UHGV virus genome: UHGV-0125333
DNA from: a virus
DNA length: 24,351 nucleotides
Reading direction: 5' to 3' (one strand)
Made by a program: the position numbers and the translations under genes. Below the pieces are notes generated by a model that was not told the DNA's origin, made no database searches, and saw nothing but the letters and a program-made list of their open reading frames with translations. Shown piece by piece: positions 1 through 9,178 of this stretch. Within the stretch, counting starts at the first letter, position 1; the number at the start of each line of letters is the position of its first letter.

Positions 1-21
1 TTATCAATTTGTTGCAACGAA

Positions 22-52
22 CAGGTCACTATCAGTCAAAATAAAATCATTA
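22..52. promoter_or_regulatory. attP P' arm with three tandem arm-type Int binding sites (AGGTCACTAT, CAGTCAAAAT, AAATCATTAT)
   Basis: The sequence GGTCACTATCAGTCAAAATAAAATCATTAT immediately 3' of int matches the lambda P' arm as I recall it. The core overlap region is not inside the window. Confidence 0.6.
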
Positions 53-1120
53 TTTGATTTCAATTTTGTCCCACTCCCTGCCTCTGTCATCACGATACTG
101 TGATGCCATGGTGTCCGACTTATGCCCGAGAAGATGTTGAGCAAATTTATCGCTTATCTGCTTCTCATAGAGTCTTGCAGACAAACTGCGCAACTCGTGA
201 AAGGTTGGCGGATCCCCTTCGAAGGAGAGACCTGATGCTTTTCGTGCGCGCATAAAATACCTTGATACTGTGCCGGATGAAAGCGGTTCACGACGAGTAG
301 ATGCAATTATGGTTTCTCCGCCAAGAATCTTTTTGCATTTATCAAGTGTTTCCTTCATTGATATCCCGAGAGCATCAACATGCAATGTTGTTGGGATGGC
401 AATTTTTACGCCTGTTTTGCTTTGCTCGACATAAAGATATCCATCTACGATATCAGACCACTTCATTTCGCATAAATCACCAACTCGCTGCCCGGTAACA
501 ACAGCCAGTTCCATTGCAAGTCTGAGCCAACATGGTGATGATTCTGCTGCTTGATAAATTTTCAGGTATTCGTCAGCCGTAAGTCTTGATCTCCTTACCT
601 CTGATTTTGCTGCGCGAGTGGCAGCGACAGGGTTTGTTGTTATATGGCCTTCAGCTATTGCCTCTCGGAATGCATCGCTCAGTGTTGATCTGATTAACTT
701 GGCTGACGCCGCCTTGCCCTCGTCTATGTATCCATTGAGCATTGCCGCAATTTCTTTTGTGGTGATGTCTTCAAGTGGAGCATCAGGCAGACCCCTCCTT
801 ATTGCTTTAATTTTGCTCATGTAATTTATGAGTGTCTTCTGCTTGATTCCTCTGCTGGCCAGGATTTTTTCGTAGCGATCAAGCCATGAATGTAACGTAA
901 CGGAATTATCACTGTTGATTCTCGCTGTCAGAGGCTTGTGTTTGTGTCCTGAAAATAACTCAATGTTGGCCTGTATAGCTTCAGTGATTGCGATTCGCCT
1001 GTCTCTGCCTAATCCAAACTCTTTACCCGTCCTTGGGTCCCTGTAGCAGTAATATCCATTGTTTCTTATATAAAGGTTAGGGGGTAAATCCCGGCGCTCA
1101 TGACTTCGCCTTCTTCCCAT
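50..1120 (-). CDS. int: Tyrosine integrase, lambda Int type
   Basis: 356-aa ORF; N-terminus MGRRRSHERRDLPPNLYIRNNGYYCYRDPRTGKEFGLG and the C-terminal catalytic region (HELRSLSARLY ... HLLGHKSDTMASQY) match lambda Int as recalled. Confidence 0.97.
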   Translation of the reverse strand: MGRRRSHERRDLPPNLYIRNNGYYCYRDPRTGKEFGLGRDRRIAITEAIQANIELFSGHKHKPLTARINSDNSVTLHSWLDRYEKILASRGIKQKTLINYMSKIKAIRRGLPDAPLEDITTKEIAAMLNGYIDEGKAASAKLIRSTLSDAFREAIAEGHITTNPVAATRAAKSEVRRSRLTADEYLKIYQAAESSPCWLRLAMELAVVTGQRVGDLCEMKWSDIVDGYLYVEQSKTGVKIAIPTTLHVDALGISMKETLDKCKKILGGETIIASTRREPLSSGTVSRYFMRARKASGLSFEGDPPTFHELRSLSARLYEKQISDKFAQHLLGHKSDTMASQYRDDRGREWDKIEIK

Positions 1121-1316
1121 TTCTGATCCTCTTCAAAAGGCTACCTGTTACTGGTCGATTTAAGTCAACCTTTACCGCTGATTCGTGGAACAGATATTCT
1201 CTTCCATCCTTAACCGGAGGAGGGAATATCCTGCATTCGCGCACCCATCGACGAACTGTTTCAAGGCTTCTTGGGCGTCGCTGGCGAGCGTTCCACTCCT
1301 GAAGTGTCAAGTACAT
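1098..1316 (-). CDS. xis: Excisionase Xis
   Basis: 72-aa ORF MYLTLQEWNARQRRPRSLETVRRWVRE... matching lambda Xis; its 3' end overlaps the int start as in lambda. Confidence 0.95.
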   Translation of the reverse strand: MYLTLQEWNARQRRPRSLETVRRWVRECRIFPPPVKDGREYLFHESAVKVDLNRPVTGSLLKRIRNGKKAKS

Positions 1317-1611
1317 CGCAAAGTCTCCGCAATTACACGCAAGAAAAAACCGCCATCAGGCGGCTTGGTGTTCTTTCAGTTCTTCAATTCGAATATTGGT
1401 TACGTCTGCATGTGCTATCTGCGCCCACAGCATCCAGTGGTCATAGCAGTCGCTGATGTTCTCGGCTTCGATAACTCTGTTGAATGGTTCTCCATTCCAT
1501 TCACCTGTAACTCGGAAGTGCATTTATCATCGCCATAAAACAAAACTCGCCGTAGCGAGTTCAGATAAAAGAAATCCCCGCGAGTGCGAGGATAGTTACT
1601 TGTTCATATTA

Positions 1612-1893
1612 TTAATCGTCAATGTATTTTGAGCATTGTGGGCAATCATCGATCCCACAATACGATTCATATGCATCCTTTATTGCGTCGCGGGCTTCAG
1701 TAAGAGTATTGAATAAGTTGCAGCTATTATCTTTTTGATATAGGTAAGTTCCTAATTTATAAGCAGAAGAAGCATCATTTCCGCTGTCTAAAATTACATC
1801 ATTATGGATTCTGCACCTTGCAAGAACTCCTGATCCCATAAGGGTCTGCATAGCCCATTGCTCTTGATCTTCACACAAATCATGAATGCTCAT
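1612..1893 (-). CDS. Ea8.5-like small Cys/His-rich protein
   Basis: ORF in the lambda ea8.5 position, ending in a Cys/His-rich tail (CPQCSKYIDD) like lambda Ea8.5. ATG at 1893 is preceded by a GAGGTG RBS; the track ORF extends to a GTG at 1911. Confidence 0.6.
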   Translation of the reverse strand: MSIHDLCEDQEQWAMQTLMGSGVLARCRIHNDVILDSGNDASSAYKLGTYLYQKDNSCNLFNTLTEARDAIKDAYESYCGIDDCPQCSKYIDD

Positions 1894-2007
1894 TTCAACA
1901 CCTCTCTTCACGTTTCACACACGTTAAGATTAACAGTGTTTTTACATGCTTTGGGAGATTTATTTTATAAAAACTCTTTTAATACAAATAGATATAATAG
2001 TTCACTA

Positions 2008-2805
2008 TTATAGCTCCTTTAATCGAGGCGGTTCTGGTAGAGGCATCCAGTGGGTTACACCGCCAATTGGCTCATCGTCGTCGTACTCCAATGCGGCTAT
2101 ATAGAACCCGTCACGACGAGAATAAGAAATCCCGGACATTACAATGCCATCCGAAACAACAATAATGTCACCCGTTTCTTTCGGCATTCGCTCACTACAG
2201 CTTATCCAACCATCCGGAGTCACCGGAAGCGAGAACGGCAGCACATCTCTGTGAACAAGTTTTTGCTGTGACAGGTTATCCAGAACTTTCTGTACTGCTG
2301 CATCACCGAATACACCAAGCGCATCTGCCATAACTCCTACAACCTGATAAGCCTCAGCGCATACCGTGGATAAACCATCCGGAATTACCGGAGAGTTGCC
2401 GGGTTCTTTAATGTGCAAGCGAGGCTCACCATCTTTTGGTTCAGGCCACTGGCGCTCCATGTTGATCTTCAATTTATCTTCCATAGCAGCGGTAATTTCA
2501 GCATCGCTGATGCCAGCACGGCGCTGTGCATCCCACAACAGGAAATGCATATCAGCCCACTCGCTGAGATCGTCTGGTTCGGCTGCGGCTTCCAGAGCCT
2601 CTTTTGAGAGGTGTTTCAGTGGACCAATGGGGCCAACGCAGCCAAATGTGGAGTCAGACCATTTGGCATGCTCGTGGCGAATCAGTTCGCGTTCCAGTGA
2701 TGCCAGTGCAATTCGTGCCAGTTCCATTTGTTCGCCACGAGTAAGCCCGTTTTCAAGCGGATTTTTAATGAACAATTCAATACGTTCTTTGGTAATAGTG
2801 GTCAT
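2008..2805 (-). CDS. Phage protein with N-terminal dATP/dGTP diphosphohydrolase-like (DUF550) domain and C-terminal DUF551 domain
   Basis: 265-aa ORF with an AAGGAC RBS. The N-terminal half resembles the MazG-like DUF550 family and the C-terminal half (DGWISCSERMP ... GVTHWMPLPEPP) the DUF551 family, a combination common in enterobacterial prophages. Assigned from recall only. Confidence 0.7.
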   Translation of the reverse strand: MTTITKERIELFIKNPLENGLTRGEQMELARIALASLERELIRHEHAKWSDSTFGCVGPIGPLKHLSKEALEAAAEPDDLSEWADMHFLLWDAQRRAGISDAEITAAMEDKLKINMERQWPEPKDGEPRLHIKEPGNSPVIPDGLSTVCAEAYQVVGVMADALGVFGDAAVQKVLDNLSQQKLVHRDVLPFSLPVTPDGWISCSERMPKETGDIIVVSDGIVMSGISYSRRDGFYIAALEYDDDEPIGGVTHWMPLPEPPRLKEL

Positions 2806-2815
2806 TTGTTAGTCC

Positions 2816-3571
2816 TTAAACTGCTAGTTGCAATTGCATTTCAAAGCGGTCGCGTTGTTCACAATACGCAAGAGAACCAGGGCTATTGTGTGCCTCAATC
2901 CGTTCTACCATTAATGCTGCGCGTGTCTCTTTACTTGCAGGTGCATAAGCCCCAGACCAGGCTTTATCAATACCGATGTTTCGAGCGACGTTCGTACTAT
3001 CTGCGCTGGCTAAGGGTAATTTTGTGAATATCAGCGGATTTAACATGCGCAATCCATGTAGTTTCGTAACCGGCTGACCATGCCCATCAACAATGTGACG
3101 AATCAGGTCTTTCATTCTGGCTACCGCAAGAGTTGGGCGCTTTACGTCATAGTCGCCACAACTACCGATAGCCACTCGCGGAAACTCATTGCACAAATGA
3201 ATAAATCGCGCGTCACTTTCATTCATGTGCCACACTGGAACGCCAGCTAGTTTTCCGTGAGGCCACTCATTCAGAAGCGCATCATTTTCCTCCTCTCCGC
3301 CATCAATAATATCCGGGATAATGGCAAAATCGAATCCTGGGTGATTCTTCCAGCGAGCAACAAACTCGTAGTAATCGCTCCAGTCGATTTTGTTTTTGCC
3401 AGCTGCTTTCCAGGCGGTGAATGCACCGTTGTCCAGCGCGAACGACTGACAGTATTCAGCCGCGAGATTGATCTGGCCTGAATGCGCAAAACTGATAAAC
3501 GCATGTCGCCCTTTCCATGCTCTCATTGCGCACGTATCAGGAGTAATAGGCCCACCGTGGTAGTGAATCAT
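2816..3571 (-). CDS. Hypothetical protein (251 aa), family not assigned
   Basis: Long ORF; ATG at 3571 lies 4 nt after the Ea22-like stop and is preceded by an AAGGAG RBS. The track ORF extends 14 codons further upstream. No family confidently recognised. Confidence 0.6.
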   Translation of the reverse strand: MIHYHGGPITPDTCAMRAWKGRHAFISFAHSGQINLAAEYCQSFALDNGAFTAWKAAGKNKIDWSDYYEFVARWKNHPGFDFAIIPDIIDGGEEENDALLNEWPHGKLAGVPVWHMNESDARFIHLCNEFPRVAIGSCGDYDVKRPTLAVARMKDLIRHIVDGHGQPVTKLHGLRMLNPLIFTKLPLASADSTNVARNIGIDKAWSGAYAPASKETRAALMVERIEAHNSPGSLAYCEQRDRFEMQLQLAV

Positions 3572-3572
3572 C

Positions 3573-3980
3573 TCACTCTCCTTTGATGCGAATGCCAGTA
3601 GCGCGGATTGCATCGATGACTTCAGAAACTTTGTATGCCATTACCGTTTGGTAATCATCGTGAAAATCTGTTCGATGAAGCATGCTGCTACGTTCCGGGA
3701 GCAGTATTTCCCGCGCTTCCAGTTCTGCAATGCGCTTTTTTGCTGCTTCCAGTTCATCCAGTAATTCCAGCACGGTAGCCGGATTAGCCTTGGCAACAAA
3801 ATCCCGGACTGGCTTACAATCAATCTCCGCAATGGGTTGATACGATGTGTAGCCATGCTGTCTTGTATAACTACCGTGACGAATAACGAAAAAATCACCA
3901 TTTATTTTTTTAGCCTGCCACTTATCTTCACCGGCTTTCTCTGCCGCTTCACGCAGTGCCTGAGAGTTAATTTCGCTCAC
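3573..3980 (-). CDS. Ead/Ea22-like protein
   Basis: 135-aa ORF starting MSEINSQALREAAEKAGEDKWQAKKINGDFFVIRHG with a coiled-coil-like ELLDELEAAKKRIAELEA segment; resembles the Ead/Ea22-like prophage family. Confidence 0.7.
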   Translation of the reverse strand: MSEINSQALREAAEKAGEDKWQAKKINGDFFVIRHGSYTRQHGYTSYQPIAEIDCKPVRDFVAKANPATVLELLDELEAAKKRIAELEAREILLPERSSMLHRTDFHDDYQTVMAYKVSEVIDAIRATGIRIKGE

Positions 3981-4198
3981 TTCGAACCTCTCTGTTTACT
4001 GATAAGCTCCAGATCCTCCTGGCAACTTGCACAAGTCCGACAACCCTGAACGACCAGGCGTCTTCGTTCATCTATCGGATCGCCACACTCACAACAATGA
4101 GTGGCAGATACAGTCTGGTAGTTCAGACGACGCATTTTTATTGCTGTGTTGCGCTGTAATTCTTCAATTTCTGATGCTGAATCAATGATGTCTGCCAT
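3977..4198 (-). CDS. TraR/DksA-family C4 zinc-finger protein
   Basis: 73-aa ORF with CxxC ... CxxC spacing (CCECGDPIDERRRLVVQGCRTCASC) typical of phage TraR/DksA zinc fingers; its stop overlaps the downstream start (ATGA). Confidence 0.8.
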   Translation of the reverse strand: MADIIDSASEIEELQRNTAIKMRRLNYQTVSATHCCECGDPIDERRRLVVQGCRTCASCQEDLELISKQRGSK

Positions 4199-4250
4199 CT
4201 TCCATTAATCCCTGAATTGTTGGTTAATACGCTTGAGGGTGAATGCGAAT

Positions 4251-4274
4251 AATAAAAAAGGAGCCTGTAGCTCC
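4251..4274 (-). terminator. Candidate intrinsic terminator within the leftward early operon
   Basis: On the minus strand, GGAGC-TACAG-GCTCC hairpin followed by TTTTTTATT, directly downstream of the ORF ending at 4297. Confidence 0.4.
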
Positions 4275-4296
4275 CTGATGATTTTGCTTTTCATGT

Positions 4297-4578
4297 TCAT
4301 CGTTCCTTAAAGACGCCGTTTAACATGCCGATTGCCAGGCTTAAATGAGTCGGTGTGAATCCCATCAGCGTTACCGTTTCGCGGTGCTTCTTCAGTACGC
4401 TACGGCAAATGTCATCGACGTTTTTATCCGGAAACTGCTGTCTGGCTTTTTTGATTTCAGAATTAGCCTGACGGGCAATGCTGCGAAGGGCGTTTTCCTG
4501 CTGAGGTGTCATTGAACAAGTCCCATGTCGGCAAGCATAAGCACACAGAATATGAAGCCCGCTGCCAGAAAAATGCAT
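4297..4578 (-). CDS. Small hypothetical phage protein (lambda orf61 position)
   Basis: 93-aa ORF; an internal ATG at 4512 (MTPQQENALRSIARQ...) is an alternative start. Start is ambiguous. Confidence 0.55.
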   Translation of the reverse strand: MHFSGSGLHILCAYACRHGTCSMTPQQENALRSIARQANSEIKKARQQFPDKNVDDICRSVLKKHRETVTLMGFTPTHLSLAIGMLNGVFKER

Positions 4579-4588
4579 TCAGTGGTTG

Positions 4589-4780
4589 TCATACCTGGTC
4601 TCTCTCATCTGCTTCTGCTTTCGCCACCATCATTTCCAGCTTTTGTGAAAGGGATGCGGCTAACGTGTGAAATTCTTCGTCTGTTTCTACTGGTATTGGC
4701 ACAAACCTGACTCCAATTTGAGCGAGGCTATGTGCCATCTCGATACTCGTTCTTAACTCAACGGGAGATGCTTTGTGCAT
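4589..4780 (-). CDS. Lambda orf63-like small protein
   Basis: 63-aa [26 protein letters not shown]...; same size and position as lambda orf63. Confidence 0.65.
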   Translation of the reverse strand: MHKASPVELRTSIEMAHSLAQIGVRFVPIPVETDEEFHTLAASLSQKLEMMVAKAEADERDQV

Positions 4781-4943
4781 ACAGCCCCCCCCATTTATTA
4801 TTTATCTCCTCAGCCAGCCGCTGTGCTTTCAGGGGATTTCGGATTACAGAAAGGCCGGGAAATACCCAGCCTCGCTTTGTAACGGAGTAGACGAAAGTGA
4901 TTGCGCCTACCCGGATATTATCGTGAGGATGCGTCATCGCCAT
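4758..4943 (-). CDS. Lambda orf60a-like small protein
   Basis: 61-aa [33 protein letters not shown]... whose start overlaps the exo stop as in lambda. Confidence 0.65.
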   Translation of the reverse strand: MAMTHPHDNIRVGAITFVYSVTKRGWVFPGLSVIRNPLKAQRLAEEINNKWGGLYAQSISR

Positions 4944-5614
4944 TGCTCCCCAAATACAAAACCAATTTCAGCCAGTGCCTCGTCCATTTTTTCGATGAAC
5001 TCCGGCACCATCTCGTCAAAACTCGCCATGTACTTTTCATTCCGCTCAATCACGACATAATGCAGGCCTTCACGCTTCATGCGCGGGTCATAGTTGGCAA
5101 AGTATCAGGCATCTTTTCGCGTCACCCACATGCTGTACTGCACCTGGGCCATGTAAGCCGATTTTATTGCCTCGAAACCACCGAGCCGGAATTTCATGAA
5201 ATCCCGGGAGGTAAACGGGCATTTCAGTTCAAGGCCGTTGCCGTCACTGCATAAACCATCGGGAGAGCAGGCGGTGCGCATATTTTCGTCGCGATAGATG
5301 ATCGGGGATTCAGTAATATTCACGCCGGAAGTGAATTCAAACAGGGTTCTGGCGTCGTTCTCGTACTGTTTTCCCCAGGCCAGCGCCTTAGCATTAACTT
5401 CCGGAGCCACACCGGTGCAAACCTCAGCCAGCAGGGTGTGGAAGTAGGACATTTTCATGTCAGGCCACTTCTTTCCTGAGCGGGGCTTTGCTATCACGTT
5501 GTGAACTTCTGAAGCGGTGATGACGCCGAGCCGTAATTTGTGCCATGCATCATCCCCCTGTTCGACAGCTCTCACGTCGATCCCGGTACGCTGCAGGATA
5601 ATGTCCGGTGTCAT
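4934..5614 (-). pseudogene. exo: Lambda exonuclease (Red-alpha) interrupted by a single in-frame TGA at codon 170
   Basis: The N-terminal 169 codons (5108..5614) match lambda Exo and end RKDA-TGA (5105..5107). The same frame continues without further stops for 56 codons ([20 protein letters not shown] ... GFVFGEQWR) to the normal stop at 4934..4936. Lambda has TGG (Trp) at this codon. Confidence 0.8.
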
Positions 5615-6396
5615 GCTGCCACCTTCTGCTCAGTGGCTTTCTGTTTAAGGAATCCAAGAGCTTTCACTGCTTCGGCCTGTGTCAGTTCTGACGATGCGCG
5701 AATGTCGCGGCGAAATATCTGGGAACAGAGCGGCAATAAGTCGTCATCCCATGTTTTATCCAGGGCGATCAGCAGAGTGTTAATCTCCTGCATGGTTTCA
5801 TCGTTAACCGGAGTGATGTCGCGTTCCGGCTGACGTTCTGCAGTGTATGCAGTATTTTCGACAATGCGCTCGGCTTCATCCTTGTCATAGATACCAGCAA
5901 ATCCGAAGGCCAGACGGGCACACTGAATCATGGCTTTATGCCGTAACATCCGTTTGGGATGCGACTGCCACGGCCCCGTGATTTCTCTGCCTTCGCGGGT
6001 TTTGAATGGTTCGCGGCGGCATTCATCCATCCATTCGGTAACGCAGATCGGATGATTACGGTCCTTGCGGTAAATCCGGCATGTACAGGATTCATTGTCC
6101 TGCTCAAAGTCCATGCCATCAAACTGCTGGTTTTCATTGATGATGCGGGACCAGCCATCAACGCCCACCACCGGAACAATGCCGTTCTGCTTATCAGGGA
6201 AGGCGTAAATTTCTTTCGTCCACGGATTAAGGCCGTACTGGTTGGCGACGATCAGCAATGCGATGAACTGCGCATCGCTGGCATCACCTTTAAATGCCGT
6301 CTGGCGAAGAGTGGTGATCAGTTCCTGTGGGTCGACAGAATCCATGCCGACACGTTCAGCCAGCTTCCCAGCCAGCGTTGCGAGTGCTGTACTCAT
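5611..6396 (-). CDS. bet: Red-beta single-strand annealing recombinase
   Basis: 261-aa [62 protein letters not shown]... matching lambda Bet; its stop overlaps the exo start. Confidence 0.95.
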   Translation of the reverse strand: MSTALATLAGKLAERVGMDSVDPQELITTLRQTAFKGDASDAQFIALLIVANQYGLNPWTKEIYAFPDKQNGIVPVVGVDGWSRIINENQQFDGMDFEQDNESCTCRIYRKDRNHPICVTEWMDECRREPFKTREGREITGPWQSHPKRMLRHKAMIQCARLAFGFAGIYDKDEAERIVENTAYTAERQPERDITPVNDETMQEINTLLIALDKTWDDDLLPLCSQIFRRDIRASSELTQAEAVKALGFLKQKATEQKVAA

Positions 6397-6401
6397 CCGT
6401 T

Positions 6402-6818
6402 TTATACCTCTGAATCAATATCAACCTGGTGGTGAGCAATGGTTTCAACCATGTACCGGATGTGTTCTGCCATGCGCTCCTGAAACTCAACATCGTCATC
6501 AAACGCACGGGTAATGGCTTTTTTGCTGGCCCCGTGGCGTTGCAAATGATCGATGCATAGCGATTCAAACAGGTGCTGGGGCAGGCCTTTTTCCATGTCG
6601 TCTGCCAGTTCTGCCTCTTTCTCTTCACGGGCGATCTGCTGGTAGTGACGCGCCCAGCTCTGAGCCTCAAGACGATCCTGAATGTAATAAGCGTTCATGG
6701 CTGAACTCCTGAAATAGCTGTGAAAATATCGTCCGCGAAATGCCGGGCTGATTAGGAAAACAGGGAAGGGGGGTAGTGAATGCTTTTGCTTGATCTCAGT
6801 TTCAGTATTAATATCCAT
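6402..6818 (-). CDS. gam: Gam, RecBCD inhibitor
   Basis: 138-aa [58 protein letters not shown]... matching lambda Gam. Confidence 0.95.
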   Translation of the reverse strand: MDINTETEIKQKHSLPPFPVFLISPAFRGRYFHSYFRSSAMNAYYIQDRLEAQSWARHYQQIAREEKEAELADDMEKGLPQHLFESLCIDHLQRHGASKKAITRAFDDDVEFQERMAEHIRYMVETIAHHQVDIDSEV

Positions 6819-6916
6819 TTTTTATAAGCGTCGACGGCCTCACGAAACATCTTTTCATCGCCAATAAAAGTGGCGATAGTGAATTTAGTCTGGATAGCCA
6901 TAAGTGTTTGATCCAT
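6752..6916 (-). CDS. kil: Kil, host cell-division inhibitor
   Basis: Internal ATG at 6916 gives [40 protein letters not shown]..., matching lambda Kil as recalled. The track ORF extends upstream into the cIII overlap. Confidence 0.8.
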   Translation of the reverse strand: MDQTLMAIQTKFTIATFIGDEKMFREAVDAYKKWILILKLRSSKSIHYPPSLFS

Positions 6917-7049
6917 TTTTTGGGACTCCTGGCTGATTAAGTATGTCGATAAGGCGTTTCCATCCGTCACGTAATTTACGGGTGATTCGTTCAAGTAAAG
7001 ATTCGGAAGGGCAGCCAGCAACAGGCCACCCTGCAATGGCATATTGCAT
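6885..7049 (-). CDS. cIII: CIII, FtsH inhibitor that stabilises CII
   Basis: Hand translation of the minus strand from the ATG at 7049 gives [54 protein letters not shown] then stop. It is below the 60-aa cutoff of the ORF track. Confidence 0.85.
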   Translation of the reverse strand: MQYAIAGWPVAGCPSESLLERITRKLRDGWKRLIDILNQPGVPKNGSNTYGYPD

Positions 7050-7121
7050 GGTGTGCTCCTTATTTATACATAACGAAAAACGCCTCGAGTGAAGCGTTAT
7101 TGGTATGCGGTAACGCCGCGC

Positions 7122-7490
7122 TCAGGCGGCTTTGATAGTCATATCATCTGGATCAAATATTCCTGATGTATCGATATCGGTAATTCTTATTCCTTCGCTA
7201 CCATCCATTGGAGGCCATCCTTCCTGACCATTTCCATCATTCCAGTCGAACTCACACACAACACCATATGCATTTAAGTCGCTTGAAATTGCTATAAGCA
7301 GAGCATGTTGCGCCAGCATGATTAATACAGCATTTAATACAGAGCCGTGTTTATTGAGTCGGTATTCAGAGTCTGACCAGAAATTATTAATCTGGTGAAG
7401 TTTTTCCTCTGTCATTACGTCATGGTCGATTTCAATTTCTATTGATGCTTTCCAGTCGTAATCAATGATGTATTTTTTGATGTTTGACAT
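7122..7490 (-). CDS. ea10: Ea10 early protein
   Basis: 122-aa ORF MSNIKKYIIDYDWKASIEIEIDHDVMTEEKLHQINNFWSDSEYRL... matching lambda Ea10. Confidence 0.85.
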   Translation of the reverse strand: MSNIKKYIIDYDWKASIEIEIDHDVMTEEKLHQINNFWSDSEYRLNKHGSVLNAVLIMLAQHALLIAISSDLNAYGVVCEFDWNDGNGQEGWPPMDGSEGIRITDIDTSGIFDPDDMTIKAA

Positions 7491-7672
7491 CTATTCATAT
7501 CCTCATAGATAAAAAATCTCCCTCACACTGGAGGGCAAAGAAGATTTCCAATAATCAGAACAAGTCGGCTCCTGTTTAGTTACGAGCGACATTGCTCCGT
7601 GTATTCACTCGTTGGAATGAATACACAGTGCAGTGTTTATTCTGTTATTTATGCCAAAAATAAAGGTCACTA

Positions 7673-7873
7673 TCAGGCAGCTTTGTTGTTCTGTTTACCA
7701 AGTTCTCTGGCAATCATTGCCGTCGTTCGTATTGCCCATTTATCGACATATTTCCCATCTTCCATTACAGGAAACATTTCTTCAGGCTTAACCATGTATT
7801 CCGATTGCAGCTTGCATCCATTGCATCGCTTGAATTGTCCACACCATTGATTTTTATCAATAGTCGTAGTCAT
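7673..7873 (-). CDS. ral: Ral, restriction alleviation protein
   Basis: 66-aa ORF MTTTIDKNQWCGQFKRCNGCKLQSEYMVKPEEMFPVMEDGKYVDKWAIRTTAMIARELGKQNNKAA matching lambda Ral. Confidence 0.9.
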   Translation of the reverse strand: MTTTIDKNQWCGQFKRCNGCKLQSEYMVKPEEMFPVMEDGKYVDKWAIRTTAMIARELGKQNNKAA

Positions 7874-7943
7874 ACGGATAGTCCTGGTATTGTTCCATCA
7901 CATCCTGAGGATGCTCTTCGAACTCTTCAAATTCTTCTTCCAT
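7857..7943 (-). CDS. orf28-like acidic 28-aa peptide
   Basis: Hand translation gives MEEEFEEFEEHPQDVMEQYQDYPYDYDY then stop, overlapping the ral start by 17 nt, as lambda orf28 does. Confidence 0.45.
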   Translation of the reverse strand: MEEEFEEFEEHPQDVMEQYQDYPYDYDY

Positions 7944-8070
7944 ATATCACCTTAAATAGTGGATAGCGGTAGTAAAGATTGTGCCTGTCTTTTAACCACA
8001 TCAGGCTCGGTGGTTCTCGTGTACCCCTACAGCGAGAAATCGGATAAACTATTACAACCCCTACAGTTTG

Positions 8071-8622
8071 ATGAGTATAGAAATGGATCCACTCGTTATT
8101 CTCGGACGAGTGTTCAGTAATGAACCTCTGGAGAGAACCATGTATATGATCGTTATCTGGGTTGGACTTCTGCTTTTAAGCCCAGATAACTGGCCTGAAT
8201 ATGTTAATGAGAGAATCGGTATTCCTCATGTGTGGCATGTTTTCGTCTTTGCTCTTGCATTTTCGCTAGCAATTAATGTGCATCGATTATCAGCTATTGC
8301 CAGCGCCAGATATAAGCGATTTAAGCTAAGAAAACGCATTAAGATGCAAAACGATAAAGTGCGATCAGTAATTCAAAACCTTACAGAAGAGCAATCTATG
8401 GTTTTGTGCGCAGCCCTTAATGAAGGCAGGAAGTATGTGGTTACATCAAAACAATTCCCATACATTAGTGAGTTGATTGAGCTTGGTGTGTTGAACAAAA
8501 CTTTTTCCCGATGGAACGGGAAGCATATATTATTCCCTATTGAGGATATTTACTGGACTGAATTAGTTGCCAGCTATGATCCATATAATATTGAGATAAA
8601 GCCAAGGCCAATATCTAAGTAA
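8071..8622 (+). CDS. sieB: SieB superinfection exclusion protein
   Basis: ORF convergent with N, with hydrophobic segments (MYMIVIWVGLLLLSPDNW..., VFVFALAFSLAINV), matching lambda SieB. ATG at 8071; the track ORF starts at TTG 8068. Confidence 0.8.
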   Translation: MSIEMDPLVILGRVFSNEPLERTMYMIVIWVGLLLLSPDNWPEYVNERIGIPHVWHVFVFALAFSLAINVHRLSAIASARYKRFKLRKRIKMQNDKVRSVIQNLTEEQSMVLCAALNEGRKYVVTSKQFPYISELIELGVLNKTFSRWNGKHILFPIEDIYWTELVASYDPYNIEIKPRPISK

Positions 8623-8946
8623 CTAAGTAAGAGGAATCGATTTTCCCTTAATTTTCTGGCGTCCACTGCATGTTATGCCGCGTTCGCCAGGCTTGCTGTA
8701 CCATGTGCGCTGATTCTTGCGCTCAATACGTTGCAGGTTGCTTTCAATCTGTTTGTGGTATTCAGCCAGCACTGTAAGGTCTATCGGATTTAGTGCGCTT
8801 TCTACTCGTGATTTCGGTTTGCGATTCAGCGAGAGAATAGGGCGGTTAACTGGTTTTGCGCTTACCCCAACCAACAGGGGATTTGCTGCTTTCCATTGAG
8901 CCTGTTTCTCTGCGCGACGTTCGCGGCGGCGTGTTTGTGCATCCAT
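8623..8946 (-). CDS. N: N antitermination protein
   Basis: From the internal ATG at 8946: MDAQTRRRERRAEKQAQWKAANPLLVGVSAKPVNRPILSLNRKPKSRVESALNPIDLT..., 107 aa with the arginine-rich motif of lambda N. Confidence 0.95.
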   Translation of the reverse strand: MDAQTRRRERRAEKQAQWKAANPLLVGVSAKPVNRPILSLNRKPKSRVESALNPIDLTVLAEYHKQIESNLQRIERKNQRTWYSKPGERGITCSGRQKIKGKSIPLT

Positions 8947-9103
8947 CTGGATTCTCCTGTCAGTTAGCTTTGGTTGTGTGTGGGAGTCGTAGTCCTGAAC
9001 GAAAACACCCAGCAATGGCACATTGACAGCTAATCCGGATTCGCACTTCCGGCCAATGCTTCGTTTCGTATCACACACACCAAAGCCTTCTGCTTTGAAT
9101 GCT

Positions 9104-9134
9104 GCCCTTCTTCAGGGCTTAATTTTTAAGAGCA
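9104..9134 (-). promoter_or_regulatory. nutL (boxB hairpin plus boxA-like element)
   Basis: Plus strand reads GCCCTTCTTCAGGGC (reverse complement of lambda nutL boxB GCCCTGAAGAAGGGC) followed by TTAATTTTTAAGAGCA (boxA, one mismatch to CGCTCTTAA). Confidence 0.7.
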
Positions 9135-9178
9135 TCACCTTCATGGTGGTCAGTGCGTCCTGCTGATGGCCTAAAATA

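Noticed and set aside
301-824. Plus-strand ORFs 301..498 and 618..824 inside int
   Set aside because: They lie antisense within the well-supported int coding region and have no RBS or recognisable family; shadow ORFs.
1185-1538. Plus-strand ORFs 1185..1538 and 1271..1456 across the xis/ea8.5 interval
   Set aside because: They overlap xis on the opposite strand and have low-complexity composition and no recognisable product; probably spurious.
2366-2812. Plus-strand ORFs 2050..2271, 2366..2812 and 2413..2607 antisense to the DUF550/DUF551 gene
   Set aside because: Ser/Ala/Arg-rich shadow frames of a GC-rich gene on the other strand.
5959-6435. 158-aa plus-strand ORF antisense to bet, and similar antisense ORFs in gam and exo
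   Set aside because: Bet, Gam and Exo identities are strong; the antisense frames have no independent support.
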